This document shows positions 9,120-19,068 of a DNA stretch of 64,000 nucleotides, one piece after another; positions within the stretch are counted from its first letter, which is position 1, and every line of letters starts with the position of its first letter. A program made the translations under genes and the position numbers. Origin of the DNA: Bryobacterales bacterium (GTDB taxonomy: Bacteria; Acidobacteriota; Terriglobia; Bryobacterales; UBA6623); assembly GCA_965208945.1 (NCBI GenBank), contig OZ242366.1:2195827-2259826 (forward strand). The letters are read 5' to 3'. The notes under the pieces are model-generated. The model was not told where the DNA came from, did no database searches, and saw only the letters and a list, made by a program, of their open reading frames with translations.

Positions 9120-10668
9120 GGTTGTAGCGAAAGACGAACTGGAGGCTGATGTTCTCTCCTCGGAAGTCGGTCGGTAGAGGAGGCAGCGGGTTGGAGGCGC
9201 TGATGCCGGCGACGGCGGCGCGGTCGAGAGAACCGATCCCTGATGAGTTGGCGATGACGAGCTTTGCAATCGTGCCGTTGGGCACGATGCGGAGTTGGAT
9301 GGCGACGGCGCCGCGGTTCATGCCGCGGCGGGCGCTCTCCGGAATCACGGCGAACCAGTTCCGCCGCACGGTTGAAAGCACCTGCAACAGGTAGGGGCGG
9401 AAGTCGACGCCCATCGGGTCGCTGAGCAGCTCGAGGTTGCTGCCGGCGTTGCCGGGTGAGGGGGGAAGGTAGCCGCTGAGTCCGCCGGCCCCGAAATCGT
9501 CTCCGACTGCCTGTCTGGCCCCGCGGCCACTTCTGAGATTGCCGATGGCGCCCTGCACGATTTGACCAGGGCGGGCATTGAAGGCGAGGCTGCCGAGCTG
9601 GGCCGGCCCGGCTCGGCCCGGAGAACCGGTACGGGCTTCTTCCAACGTGAGCTTGGGCCGCTGGTTCGATCGAGAGGGCCGCTTCGGCATCGGCAGCTCG
9701 GATGGGCGGCCGAGGCGGCGGTCCGGATGAAACTCGCCGGGGAAGGGACTGCGGGCTGCGATGAGTGGTGGAGCGGGCTCGGGCTCGGGCTCGCGTTGCT
9801 CCGGCGGAGGCTCAGGCTCGGTTTCTTCGGGTTGTTCGGCCTGGGCTGGAGCGGGCTCGGATTCCTCTTCGGGTTCGGGTTGCGGGTTGGGCGGCGCCGG
9901 AACGATCTCTTCCGGGCGCTCCATCACCGGCACGGGAAGCTCGTCCTTGCCTTCGAGCTCGACGCTGACTGGCCCTTCGTTGGGTTCGGGCTGCGTCAGT
10001 TCCAGCAGGAAGTCCTCCGGAGGCGAGAGGAGGGTGAAATTCGGGGCTTCGACGTCCAGGGGCCGCTGCTCGAGGGGCAACATGGTTGGCTGCAGAAGCA
10101 GGGATGCGACCAGGAAAGCGTGGACGACGAGCGAAAGCGCCATCGGCTTTCGTTTCCCCGCCAGCGAAAGACTCTCGTCCCAGTGGACCTCGAGGACGAG
10201 TTCGGGCTCGTCTTCAGGAACTGCCGTCCCGGGCGAACCGGCCTCCGTCTCGGATGCTTCGGGAGCAGCTTCGGTCTCATGAGGCGCAGCTTCCCCTTCC
10301 TCCGGCGTGCTATCCGCGCGGTCGTTCGGAAGGCCTTCAGCGGGCGCTTCATTCAGCGCCAAAGGGGTTCCGCGAGCCGGCTGGTAGTCCTCGATGAGGA
10401 GGTGCAGGGCGGGTTGATCGTCGCTTGGTAGCGCCGGTGCGCGGGAGGGAGCCGCTTGGTGAAAGTCTCTCCACCAATCGTCGCGGTGACGGGAGTATTC
10501 CTGAATCAGCAGGCGGAGATGGCGCGCGGGCGCGCCGTTCGTTGCCCTTCTTGCAGGCTCTTGATCGGACCGGGGTAGTGATGCAAATCGAGTCAGCCAC
10601 TGCCGGGCTCGCAAGCCGTAGTCTTCGAGCAGTAGCCGTAGATCCGGTTCCGTCTCCGGTCGACTCAC
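9109..10668 (-). CDS. TonB-family C-terminal domain protein, Pro/Glu-rich linker
   Basis: 519 aa. One central TM (LSLVVHAFLVASLLL), a PEPE-rich spacer and a TonB_C-like end. GTGA overlap with the upstream gene's stop. Confidence 0.75.
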   Translation of the reverse strand: MSRPETEPDLRLLLEDYGLRARQWLTRFASLPRSDQEPARRATNGAPARHLRLLIQEYSRHRDDWWRDFHQAAPSRAPALPSDDQPALHLLIEDYQPARGTPLALNEAPAEGLPNDRADSTPEEGEAAPHETEAAPEASETEAGSPGTAVPEDEPELVLEVHWDESLSLAGKRKPMALSLVVHAFLVASLLLQPTMLPLEQRPLDVEAPNFTLLSPPEDFLLELTQPEPNEGPVSVELEGKDELPVPVMERPEEIVPAPPNPQPEPEEESEPAPAQAEQPEETEPEPPPEQREPEPEPAPPLIAARSPFPGEFHPDRRLGRPSELPMPKRPSRSNQRPKLTLEEARTGSPGRAGPAQLGSLAFNARPGQIVQGAIGNLRSGRGARQAVGDDFGAGGLSGYLPPSPGNAGSNLELLSDPMGVDFRPYLLQVLSTVRRNWFAVIPESARRGMNRGAVAIQLRIVPNGTIAKLVIANSSGIGSLDRAAVAGISASNPLPPLPTDFRGENISLQFVFRYNLKR

Positions 10669-11642
10669 GTGTCGGGCGTCGCCATTGTGGCCGCGACAAC
10701 GCGGGAATGGCGCTCCATTTCCTCTATTATTCTAAGCCCCGCTTCAAGTACCGCCCGGCCGTCCTTGCCGCTGATCCGTGGGCGCTTGCGGGTGGCGATG
10801 CAATCGAGGAACGCTTCGGCCTGGCGAGCCAGAGGCTCGCCCTTCTCGGCTTCGAGCTTGCGGTATGTCAACTGAAAAGCCGCATCGACTCCGGAGAGGT
10901 AACCGTCTTGCCGTGTGTAATCGATCGATACGTACTGACGGGGTTGGAAGAAGCGCAGTTTCCGAATCTTCTCGGTAGAGACGCGGCTGGCTGTGAGATT
11001 CGCTACACAACCGTTTGCAAAGATCAATCGGACACTGGCGATGTCGGCTTTCGAAGAAAGGACCGGGATGCCGGTTGCTTCGAAGCGGTCGAGCGGGCTG
11101 TCGACCAGGTCGAGAACGATATCGAGGTCGTGGATCATCAGGTCGAGCACCACGTCGACATCGAGGCTGCGCGGCGAAAAGATGCTCATCCGGTGGATCT
11201 CGAAGAAGAGCGGCAGGTTGGCGACGTCTCTTATGACCTCAACGATCGGATTGAATCTCTCGAGGTGGCCGATCTGGAGGATACGTCCGTTCTCTTCGGC
11301 TGCGTGGATCAACCGATCAGCGGACTCGAGATCCGGTGCGATCGGCTTTTCGACAAGCAGGTCGATTCCGGTGTTGAGGAGCTCGACGCCGACTTGGGCA
11401 TGGTGCTGTGTGGGAACAGCGACGACGGCTGCCTGGACACGGCCCGCGAGTTCGGCGGCGTTCCCGAGAGCCTCGCAATCGTATTCGCGGGCGATGGTTC
11501 GGGCGCGGTCGAGATCGTGGTCGACGACGGCGACGAGATGGGCGGCGGGCAGGTTGCTCAGCACGCGGGCGTGCTGCTTTCCAAACGTGCCGACACCTAC
11601 GACGGCGACTCGGGTTGGGTCGGTGGCGGGGCTTTGCTGCAT
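10665..11642 (-). CDS. Gfo/Idh/MocA family oxidoreductase in the lipid A cluster (possibly GnnA-like)
   Basis: 325 aa. N-terminal Rossmann VAVVGVGTFGKQHA and EKP motif (LLVEKPIA). Lies downstream of lpxI in the same direction. Confidence 0.85.
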   Translation of the reverse strand: MQQSPATDPTRVAVVGVGTFGKQHARVLSNLPAAHLVAVVDHDLDRARTIAREYDCEALGNAAELAGRVQAAVVAVPTQHHAQVGVELLNTGIDLLVEKPIAPDLESADRLIHAAEENGRILQIGHLERFNPIVEVIRDVANLPLFFEIHRMSIFSPRSLDVDVVLDLMIHDLDIVLDLVDSPLDRFEATGIPVLSSKADIASVRLIFANGCVANLTASRVSTEKIRKLRFFQPRQYVSIDYTRQDGYLSGVDAAFQLTYRKLEAEKGEPLARQAEAFLDCIATRKRPRISGKDGRAVLEAGLRIIEEMERHSRVVAATMATPDT

Positions 11643-11681
11643 GCTCGCGCCGTCAGCTTTTCCAGGAGCTCAAAGGCTTGG

Positions 11682-11797
11682 CCTGCATTTCTCGCCCGGT
11701 GGTGAGGCGAAGTGCGTGAGAGGGCCGCCAGGCAAGCGCAACGAAGTCATGGCGGTCGTATCGCGTGCTTCACCCGTCAGGTGGTGAGAAATGCCGG
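11682..11797 (+). mobile_element. MITE copy B1 (internally deleted, 116 bp)
   Basis: Both TIR-like ends are present and the central hairpin region is missing. Shares the CTAG at 11798-11801 with B2. Confidence 0.85.
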
Positions 11798-11801
11798 CTA
11801 G

Positions 11802-11978
11802 CCTGCATTTCTCATCACGCGGCGAGGCGAAGTGGGTGAGAGGGCCGTCAGGACGAGGCGCGCGCCGCTTGGCGCGCGCAAGCGTACTTGAACAGTACGT
11901 TGAGCACGGCAAGCAAGCGCAACGAAGTCCTGGTGGTCGTATCGCGTGCTTCGACCGTCGGGTGATGAGAAATGCAGG
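11802..11978 (+). mobile_element. MITE copy B2 (short subfamily)
   Basis: Full-length copy. The right flank CTAA (11979-11982) contains the lpxI stop codon (TAG on the minus strand). Confidence 0.9.
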
Positions 11979-12779
11979 CTAATATCCTAGCACCGCGATG
12001 TCGGCCTGATGGGCGGACCGGAGAGCTTCTTCCATGTCGACAAAAAGGGTCTTGCCGGCTTCGACGGCCAGGGCGGTGGCTTTGGCTTCGTGCATTTTCA
12101 GGAACGTCGTCAGACCGATGACGGGGACATCGAAACGCATGTCCTGATTGGGTTTTGCCATCTTGACGATGGTGAGCGGGCGGCCGTTGCTGAGGCCGCC
12201 GGCCCGGGTGATGACGTCATTGGTGCCCTCCATGGCCTCGACGGCGACGCAGGCGCGTTCGCAGATGGCGACGGTTTGGCCGATGTCGTAGCTCACCAGG
12301 GCGCGGGCGACTTCCTTTCCGTATTCGATGTCCGCCCATTCGTCAGCGGTGGGTGACCGCGACGTCAGGCAACCCTCTGTTGCGAGGAAAGGCTCCAGAA
12401 ACCGCGTCGAATCGATCAGGTGGATGTCTTCGTCTTCCAGGAATCCGGCGACGGCGCCGAGCAGCGAGTCGGTGTTTTTGCGCGGCAGCGAAGCAAGTAG
12501 CTTCAGCAGTTTCCAGTCGGGACGGATCGAAGAGTAGATCCGCGCATGACGCACGCGGCCTGCCATGACGGCTTCGGTGATTCCTTCGTTTTGGAAGACG
12601 CGGACGAGCTTGGTCAGTTCGCCGAGGGAAACCCAGTGACAGCGATTGACTTGCTCTTCGAGTTCCGGGTCGGCCTCTCCTTTGATCGCGACGGCGATGA
12701 CTTCGTGCCCTTGCTGCCGCGCTGAGGAAGCGACCAGCATCGGAAACCGGCCTCCTCCGGCGATCAGACCGAGCTTCAT
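11979..12779 (-). CDS. lpxI: UDP-2,3-diacylglucosamine diphosphatase LpxI (DUF1009)
   Basis: 266 aa starting MKLGLIAGGGRFP. ATGA overlap with the lpxA stop. The remainder of the 403-aa track ORF overlaps lpxA out of frame. Confidence 0.85.
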   Translation of the reverse strand: MKLGLIAGGGRFPMLVASSARQQGHEVIAVAIKGEADPELEEQVNRCHWVSLGELTKLVRVFQNEGITEAVMAGRVRHARIYSSIRPDWKLLKLLASLPRKNTDSLLGAVAGFLEDEDIHLIDSTRFLEPFLATEGCLTSRSPTADEWADIEYGKEVARALVSYDIGQTVAICERACVAVEAMEGTNDVITRAGGLSNGRPLTIVKMAKPNQDMRFDVPVIGLTTFLKMHEAKATALAVEAGKTLFVDMEEALRSAHQADIAVLGY

Positions 12780-13552
12780 TTGATGACGCCCCGTTTGGAC
12801 GAGGTGATGAAATCGAGCAATTGTTGGAGCGTCTCGTCCATCTCTTCTTCGCCACGGATCTTCTCGAGAGCCTGATCGGTGTTCAGATTTGACTTGGTCA
12901 GTCGCCGCAAGGCCTTGTGAAGCCGCTGAATGGACTCCTTGGAGAAGCCGCGGCGTTCCAGTCCGACCTTGTTGACCCCGAAGACTCGCGCGCTGCGGTC
13001 GGAGACGACCAGAGAGAACGGCATGACGTCTTGCGTGATGACGCTGTAGCCACCGATATAGCAATGCGCGCCGACGCGGCAGAACTGATGGACGCCGCTG
13101 TGGGCGCCGACGACGGCCCAGTCTTCGACGGTGACGTGTCCACCGAGCGTGGCGCTGTGGGCGAGGATGGTGTGGGAGCCTACATGGCAATCGTGGGCGA
13201 CGTGCGCGTAGGCCTGAAGCAGGTTGTCGTCGCCGAGCGAGGTGGTCCCGCCGCCGCCCTCTGTTCCGCGATGGATGGTGACGAATTCCCGGACGAGATT
13301 GCGGTGACCGATCTGTGTTTCGGTTCTCTCGCCGTGATACTTGAGGTCTTGTGGAGCGATGCCGACGGTGGAATAGGGCGAGAAGGTGTTGTCCTCGCCG
13401 ATGGTGATGGGGCCTTCAACGTAGACGTGGGCAAGGAGCCTGGTGCGGGCCCCGATTTCGACGTCAGGGCCGATGACGCAGAACGGGCCGATGTCCGCCG
13501 TTTCGTGGACGCGCGAGGCCGGATCGACGACTGCCGTTGGGTGTACCGCCAT
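12776..13552 (-). CDS. lpxA: Acyl-ACP--UDP-N-acetylglucosamine O-acyltransferase
   Basis: 258 aa. Hexapeptide-repeat left-handed beta-helix sequence with a typical LpxA C-terminal helical region. Confidence 0.92.
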   Translation of the reverse strand: MAVHPTAVVDPASRVHETADIGPFCVIGPDVEIGARTRLLAHVYVEGPITIGEDNTFSPYSTVGIAPQDLKYHGERTETQIGHRNLVREFVTIHRGTEGGGGTTSLGDDNLLQAYAHVAHDCHVGSHTILAHSATLGGHVTVEDWAVVGAHSGVHQFCRVGAHCYIGGYSVITQDVMPFSLVVSDRSARVFGVNKVGLERRGFSKESIQRLHKALRRLTKSNLNTDQALEKIRGEEEMDETLQQLLDFITSSKRGVIK

Positions 13553-13563
13553 GGCGGGCTCCG

Positions 13564-14064
13564 CTAAGACGCTGGGTCTTCTTTATTGGAGGCGGAACCT
13601 GCGTCGGCCGGTCGTGCGGTGGTGGTCTTGTCCGCAACGTGACACATCAGCACGGCGTCCGCCACCGGTTTGTCCTCGACCAGGGCGCGGGCGCTTACCT
13701 TCCAGACGTTACCCTTGCGCTTGAGGACTCCGAGCTCGATCCGGAGTTGGTCGCCGGGTAGAACGGGTTTTCGGAAGCGGGCTTTCTCGATGGCCGAGAA
13801 GAGTACGACCTTGTCCGCGAAGTTCTCGCCGCGCTTCGGCCCGCGGGTCAGCAGCAGAACGGCCCCGACCTGCGCCATGGATTCGATGATGAGGACGCCC
13901 GGCATGACCGGCAGTTCGGGAAAATGGCCCTGGAAGAACGGTTCGTTGGCGGTGACGTTCTTGATACCGACAATCCGGTCTTCCCCCATCTCTTCGATGC
14001 GGTCGACCAGCAGCAACGGATATCGGTGGGGCAGCACCGAAAGGATGTGATTGATGTCGTGCAT
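13564..14064 (-). CDS. fabZ: 3-hydroxyacyl-ACP dehydratase FabZ
   Basis: LPHRYPLLLVDRI and FFQGHFP motifs. The start could instead be 14112 (a 16-codon extension). Confidence 0.9.
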   Translation of the reverse strand: MHDINHILSVLPHRYPLLLVDRIEEMGEDRIVGIKNVTANEPFFQGHFPELPVMPGVLIIESMAQVGAVLLLTRGPKRGENFADKVVLFSAIEKARFRKPVLPGDQLRIELGVLKRKGNVWKVSARALVEDKPVADAVLMCHVADKTTTARPADAGSASNKEDPAS

Positions 14065-14181
14065 GGGAGCGAACCAGCGGGCCGCAGGCGGCGGTCGTTT
14101 CGTGTTCGCCAAGCGGGGGGTGGGGAGAGAGCAGGCTCATTGTACCAGAGGCTCGGCACGATACCATGGAACGATCAGCTT

Positions 14182-15321
14182 ATGGATCCCCTGCTTGCAT
14201 ACACCACCGAAAAGGTTCCCGAGATCACGGATTGGATCGAGCAACTCGTCAAGATTGAGTCTCCTTCAAGCGACCCGGCGGCGGTGAATCGGGCCGTCGA
14301 GTTCGTGGCGGACCGTCTTGCGGGCGAGGCGGAAGTGGTGCGCCATCGCGCCAATGGCTTCGGCGATCATTTGCGGTTGGAATTCCCGTTGCCGGGCCGG
14401 CGCAAGCAGGCGCAAGTGCTGGGAATCGGGCACCTGGATACGGTGTATCCGGTCGGGACGCTCGCGAGTATGCCGTTCAAGAGGGCGCAGGGGCGGTTGT
14501 GGGGGCCGGGCGTGTTCGACATGAAGTCGGGCGTGACGTACTTCGTCTTCGCTGCCCGCGCTTTGCGTGATTTGGACATCCCGGTGCGCCGCCGCTTCGT
14601 GGTGCAACTGAACTCGGATGAGGAGATCGGCAGCCCCAGTTCTCGTCGCTACACCGAGCGGGAGGCGAAGAAGAGCGTGGCGGCGCTGATTGCCGAACCG
14701 AGCGCAGGTCCCGAGGGGAATGTGAAAACCGCGCGAAAAGGCGGAGGCGGATTTCGGATTGGCGTGCGAGGGATCGCGGCCCACGCGGGTCTCGATTTCG
14801 CGGCCGGCGCAAGCGCGATTGTGGAGTTGGCGCGACAGATCGAGAGAGTCGCAGAGTGGACGGATCTCGCAAAGGGAATCACGATCAACCCCGGACTGAT
14901 CAGGGGAGGAACGGCGACCAACACGGTTGCTGAAGAGGCTTGGGCCGAGGTTGACGTACGTGTTCCGAGGAAGTCGGATGCCCGGCGGCTGGAGCGAAAG
15001 TTCGCCTCTCTGAAGTCATTCGATCGGCGGACGCAAGTGAGCGTCGAGGGCAATCTGCGGCGGCCGCCGATGGAGCGGAATCGGGCCATTCTCGGAATCT
15101 ACCGCTTGGCGCGGAAGCTGTCGCGCGAGTTGGGTTTGGAGTTGGGTGAGGCGCAGGTGGGCGGTGGGTCGGACGGGAACTTTACGGCGGCATTGGGCTT
15201 GCCGACCTTGGATGGGATCGGCGCGGTTGGCGAGCGGCCGCATTCGCCCGGCGAGTGCATCTACGTCGACCGCATCGCGGATCGTGTGGCTTTGATCGCC
15301 AAGGTGATCGCGGCGTTATAG
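14182..15321 (+). CDS. M20 family metallopeptidase (carboxypeptidase G2-like)
   Basis: Starts MDPLLAYT. Motifs GHLDTV, DMKSG, SDEEIGS. The upstream part of the track ORF overlaps fabZ antisense. Confidence 0.85.
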   Translation: MDPLLAYTTEKVPEITDWIEQLVKIESPSSDPAAVNRAVEFVADRLAGEAEVVRHRANGFGDHLRLEFPLPGRRKQAQVLGIGHLDTVYPVGTLASMPFKRAQGRLWGPGVFDMKSGVTYFVFAARALRDLDIPVRRRFVVQLNSDEEIGSPSSRRYTEREAKKSVAALIAEPSAGPEGNVKTARKGGGGFRIGVRGIAAHAGLDFAAGASAIVELARQIERVAEWTDLAKGITINPGLIRGGTATNTVAEEAWAEVDVRVPRKSDARRLERKFASLKSFDRRTQVSVEGNLRRPPMERNRAILGIYRLARKLSRELGLELGEAQVGGGSDGNFTAALGLPTLDGIGAVGERPHSPGECIYVDRIADRVALIAKVIAAL

Positions 15322-16182
15322 CTGTTGAGTTCGACACGGCTCCTGTCGCTCGGCGGCAATCGAGGCGGGAATGCCGACTTGGTACGACGGGTAGTACAGC
15401 TCGATCCCCAATTTCTCGCGGATGGCGCGGCCGTCGACACGGCGGTCGGCGCGGCGGGTTTCGTCGACTTCGTCGGAGGTGACGGATTCCGGCATCGGCA
15501 GATTCATCTGGCGGGCGCAGAAAGCAGCGATGACCCGCGACGTGCAGGGTTCCTCGTCGGCAATGGGGTAAGCGCCGGTGATGTCGGAGGAGAGCGCCTC
15601 GATCGCGTGCCGGGCGACATCGTCGCGATGGATGCGCGAGACGAAGTTGTCCCCGCGTCCGACGAGCTTGTAGCGGCCTTCCGAGAGAGCTCGATGGACG
15701 CCGCGGCCGGGTCCGTAGATGGCGGCCGGCCTCAGAATCAGCGACGGCCAAGGTCCTTGCGCAACGGCTTCTTCGGCCTCGACACGGAGATGCTGGCGGC
15801 GGGTTTCCGGCGTGGCAGGGGTTTGTTCGTCAACCTCGCGGGTGGATCCGTAGACGCCGGTTGTCGAAAAGTAGACGACGCGGGAGGGAACGTCGCCGAG
15901 CATCTCGACGATCCGCGGCGTCGGGTCGAACAGGTTGCCGTCGGCCTTGAGCGTTGGAACGGAAAGCAGAACGCGAAACTTGGGCGGTACTTGCTTGATC
16001 CATTCATTGTCGGCGTGGGTTTCGGTCAGGTCGATGCGTAGAACCGTTGCCCCGAGGGTCTCGATTTCGCGAAGACCTGCGGGATTGCGAGTGGTTGCGT
16101 AGACTTTGGTTCCCTCTTTGAGCAGGCGGCGGGCTACTTCGGAGCCCGTGTAGCCGCAGCCGAAAATGAGGACTGGCTTCAT
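15316..16182 (-). CDS. NAD-dependent epimerase/dehydratase (SDR) family protein
   Basis: 288 aa starting MKPVLIFGCGYTGSEVARRL (Rossmann fold). The longer track ORF upstream looks non-coding. Confidence 0.8.
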   Translation of the reverse strand: MKPVLIFGCGYTGSEVARRLLKEGTKVYATTRNPAGLREIETLGATVLRIDLTETHADNEWIKQVPPKFRVLLSVPTLKADGNLFDPTPRIVEMLGDVPSRVVYFSTTGVYGSTREVDEQTPATPETRRQHLRVEAEEAVAQGPWPSLILRPAAIYGPGRGVHRALSEGRYKLVGRGDNFVSRIHRDDVARHAIEALSSDITGAYPIADEEPCTSRVIAAFCARQMNLPMPESVTSDEVDETRRADRRVDGRAIREKLGIELYYPSYQVGIPASIAAERQEPCRTQQL

Positions 16183-16259
16183 GACGGTTGCGCCATCGCA
16201 AGTGAAACCGCGGCGCGATGATAATCTTGTCTGCAAGCTAAGGATACCGGGAGGATGGC

Positions 16260-17816
16260 GTGACAGCGGTGGAATGGTTTGTCCGGGATTTGCAGAAGCG
16301 GGGCGTCGAGTGGGTGGCGACGCTGTGCGGACACGGGCTCGACCCTTTCGATCAGGCCTGCCGAAAGCATGGGCTTCGGCTCGTGGATGTGCGCAACGAG
16401 CAGTCGGCGGGATACATGGCCGAAGCTCACGGACGGTTGACGAAGCGGCCCGGTGTCGTCGCTGTGTCGAGCGCGGTGGCTCATGCCAACGCCATGACGG
16501 GTGTCGTCGATGCTTTTCTCGATGGCGCGCCGATGCTCCTGTTGACGGGTGCGGCGGCTTTGCGGACATCGGGATTGGGACACTTCCAGGACATCGATCA
16601 GGTGGCGCTCGCGCAGTCCGCGACACGGTATGCGCGTTTGATGGATCGTCCGGACCGCACGCTTCAGATTCTCGACGAAGCCTGGCGTGCCGCGTCGGGC
16701 GTAAAACCCGGTCCGGTGCATCTCACGTTTCCGATGGACATGCAGCGGACGGAGGTTTCCGATCGGCGCATGCTTCCCGCAACGCGGGAGCCGGCAGCCG
16801 AAGCAGCGGCGGGCGTGGAATGGGAGCGCGCCGTGGCTGCGCTCGGCAGGGCTGAGCAGCCGTTGATTGTGGCGGGATCGGGACTGTACTACGGTGGCGA
16901 GGCCGAGGCCGTTTGCGCGTTCGCCAGGGAGTTTTCGGTCCCCTTGGCGGTTTCGATTTGGGACCGCGGTGTGGTTGACGAACCGTTGGAGGCTTTCGTC
17001 GGTGTGGTGGGCGCGGCGACGGGCGGTCCGGTGATTCTTCCTGGGGCGGATTGCGTCCTGATGGCGGGCGCCGAGCCGGACTATCGGGTCGGGTATCTGC
17101 ACACTGGTGCGATTCGGGACGATGCGGAGGTTGTGCGAATCGACCGCGGCTGGAGGGAGTTTACCGAGGCCTATCGCAATAACGGCGGGAAGCGGCACTT
17201 GGGCTGGCTCAGTGAGGCACGACGGCGCCGCGCAGTCTACCAGGAGCGCGTAAAGAGGAAAGGCGAAAGGCAAGCAGGGGGCGCGTTGCACGCGCTGCAT
17301 GTCGTCAGGGCTGTCGAAAAGACTCTGCCTGACGACGGGCTGCTGCTGCTCGACGGAGGCAGCATCGGGCAGTGGTTCCATCAGTTGCTGCCGGACCGCT
17401 ATCCGGGCCATTGGCTGACGTGCGGGCGCAGCGGCGTTGTCGGTTGGGGGCTCGGCGGAGCCATGGGGGCTCGGGCTGCTTATCCCGACCGGCCGCTGGT
17501 GCTGGTCTCGGGCGATGGAGCTTTTACGTTTACGGTTGCGGAACTGGAGTGCGCCGCGCGTCAGGGATTGGGGTTTGTGGCGATCGTTGCGGACGATGAA
17601 GCTTGGGGGATCACCGAACAAGGCCACCTGCAGCAGTTCGGTGAGGCGATTACGAGTAAGCTGGGACCGATCGATTTTGCCGGGTTGGCGGAATCCTTGG
17701 GAGCGCGTGGGCTGCGGGCGAAGAGCGGTGCGGAGTTGGAGCAGGCGTTGCGGCGAGGTCTGGCGGACTCGGGCGTGACGGTGATTCATGCCCGCATTAC
17801 GGGCGGGAACCCGTAA
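16260..17816 (+). CDS. Thiamine-diphosphate-dependent enzyme (acetolactate synthase/oxalyl-CoA decarboxylase-like)
   Basis: 518 aa. N-terminal pyrimidine-binding domain and C-terminal TPP motif VSGDGAFTF. Confidence 0.85.
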   Translation: MTAVEWFVRDLQKRGVEWVATLCGHGLDPFDQACRKHGLRLVDVRNEQSAGYMAEAHGRLTKRPGVVAVSSAVAHANAMTGVVDAFLDGAPMLLLTGAAALRTSGLGHFQDIDQVALAQSATRYARLMDRPDRTLQILDEAWRAASGVKPGPVHLTFPMDMQRTEVSDRRMLPATREPAAEAAAGVEWERAVAALGRAEQPLIVAGSGLYYGGEAEAVCAFAREFSVPLAVSIWDRGVVDEPLEAFVGVVGAATGGPVILPGADCVLMAGAEPDYRVGYLHTGAIRDDAEVVRIDRGWREFTEAYRNNGGKRHLGWLSEARRRRAVYQERVKRKGERQAGGALHALHVVRAVEKTLPDDGLLLLDGGSIGQWFHQLLPDRYPGHWLTCGRSGVVGWGLGGAMGARAAYPDRPLVLVSGDGAFTFTVAELECAARQGLGFVAIVADDEAWGITEQGHLQQFGEAITSKLGPIDFAGLAESLGARGLRAKSGAELEQALRRGLADSGVTVIHARITGGNP

Positions 17817-18849
17817 TCTCCGCCGCCGGGAACGCTTGGCGAAAACCGTTGCCGACGAGTTGCTCGAGTTCGGGTTCGGTGAATCCGATATCCGCCAGGC
17901 GCTGGAACTCGTCGTTCAGTGTGCAAGCGAAGAACGACGGATCGTCGGTGTTGATCGAGATCGGGATGCCCGCTTCGTACAATCTTCGGACCGGATGTTC
18001 GGCGTAGGATGGGTAGACCCCTGTTTTGAGATTGCTGGTCGGGCAGATTTCAAGCGGGATCCGGTTCTCGGCAAGGTGCTCGACCAGGAGCGGGTCCTCG
18101 ATGGACCGGACTCCGTGTCCGATCCGGTTCACGCCGAGTGAGCGGACCGCGTCCCACACGCTTTCAGGCCCCATGGCTTCGCCGGCGTGCGCTGTGAGGC
18201 CAAGACCATGCTCCTGGGCGAGCCGGTAGTGTTCGGCGAACTCTCGGGCCGGAACCTTGTGCTCGGAGCCGCCGAGCGTGATGCCGCAAATGCTTGCGGA
18301 TTTGCACGCGAGGCAGTCCTTCAACAAGTCGAGCGCGGCTTCCGGACCGACGTCGCGCACGAGATCGACGATCCAGCGCAGCCGTACTTCGCCATCGGAC
18401 GCGGTATCGTCCATCACTTCGATCATTTCGGGCAACTGGAGCCCTCTCCAGATGTACTCGATGAGCGAGACGGTGACTTCGGCGTAGACGATGTTTTGGG
18501 TGGCCAGCGTGTCGCGTACGGCGATGATGAGGCTGCGGAAGTCTTCGATGTCTCGGAAGAAGTAGCTCGTGAACAGGAAGCTCGTGAGGAACTGGGGGAA
18601 AGTTTGGAAGCGGAAAAGCGCATCGGCTGCTTCCGGGGGGGAGAGCAAGCCTTGAGCGAGATGTTCGAGGTGGGGAGAGGCGCGGAACAGCGCGAGATGA
18701 TGATCGGGAGCATCGGCGAGGGCTTGTTGGGGGGGGCGCTTGGCGACGAGTTCCGCGAAGAAGGCGGCCGGCATGGCGCCCCGCAGATGCAGGTGGAGCT
18801 CGGCTTTCGGTTTGGCCAGGAACTGCTCGCTGAGCGGCCGGGGTGTCAT
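17797..18849 (-). CDS. Adenosine deaminase family protein
   Basis: 350 aa starting MTPRPLSEQF. Metal ligand blocks ELHLHLRG, HAGE, RIGHG, SINTDDP. Confidence 0.85.
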   Translation of the reverse strand: MTPRPLSEQFLAKPKAELHLHLRGAMPAAFFAELVAKRPPQQALADAPDHHLALFRASPHLEHLAQGLLSPPEAADALFRFQTFPQFLTSFLFTSYFFRDIEDFRSLIIAVRDTLATQNIVYAEVTVSLIEYIWRGLQLPEMIEVMDDTASDGEVRLRWIVDLVRDVGPEAALDLLKDCLACKSASICGITLGGSEHKVPAREFAEHYRLAQEHGLGLTAHAGEAMGPESVWDAVRSLGVNRIGHGVRSIEDPLLVEHLAENRIPLEICPTSNLKTGVYPSYAEHPVRRLYEAGIPISINTDDPSFFACTLNDEFQRLADIGFTEPELEQLVGNGFRQAFPAAEITGSRP

Positions 18850-19068
18850 GGTCGTTGGCGTGAGGCGACGACTGGTTCGGTGATGATGGCCCGTGGCGCT
18901 TCGGCGGGTTCCTCCCAGTAGGGTCGTCCGTGGCAGAGCCGTGCCGGCTCGGTTGCCCTTCGAAGCGCAAGGTGTTGGCGGGCCGCGAAGCGCAGGTTCG
19001 TTCCGCATCATGTTGACACAGCTTGATACTCGCTCATCGCTGATGCCTGAAGTACAATCACCGGAGGA

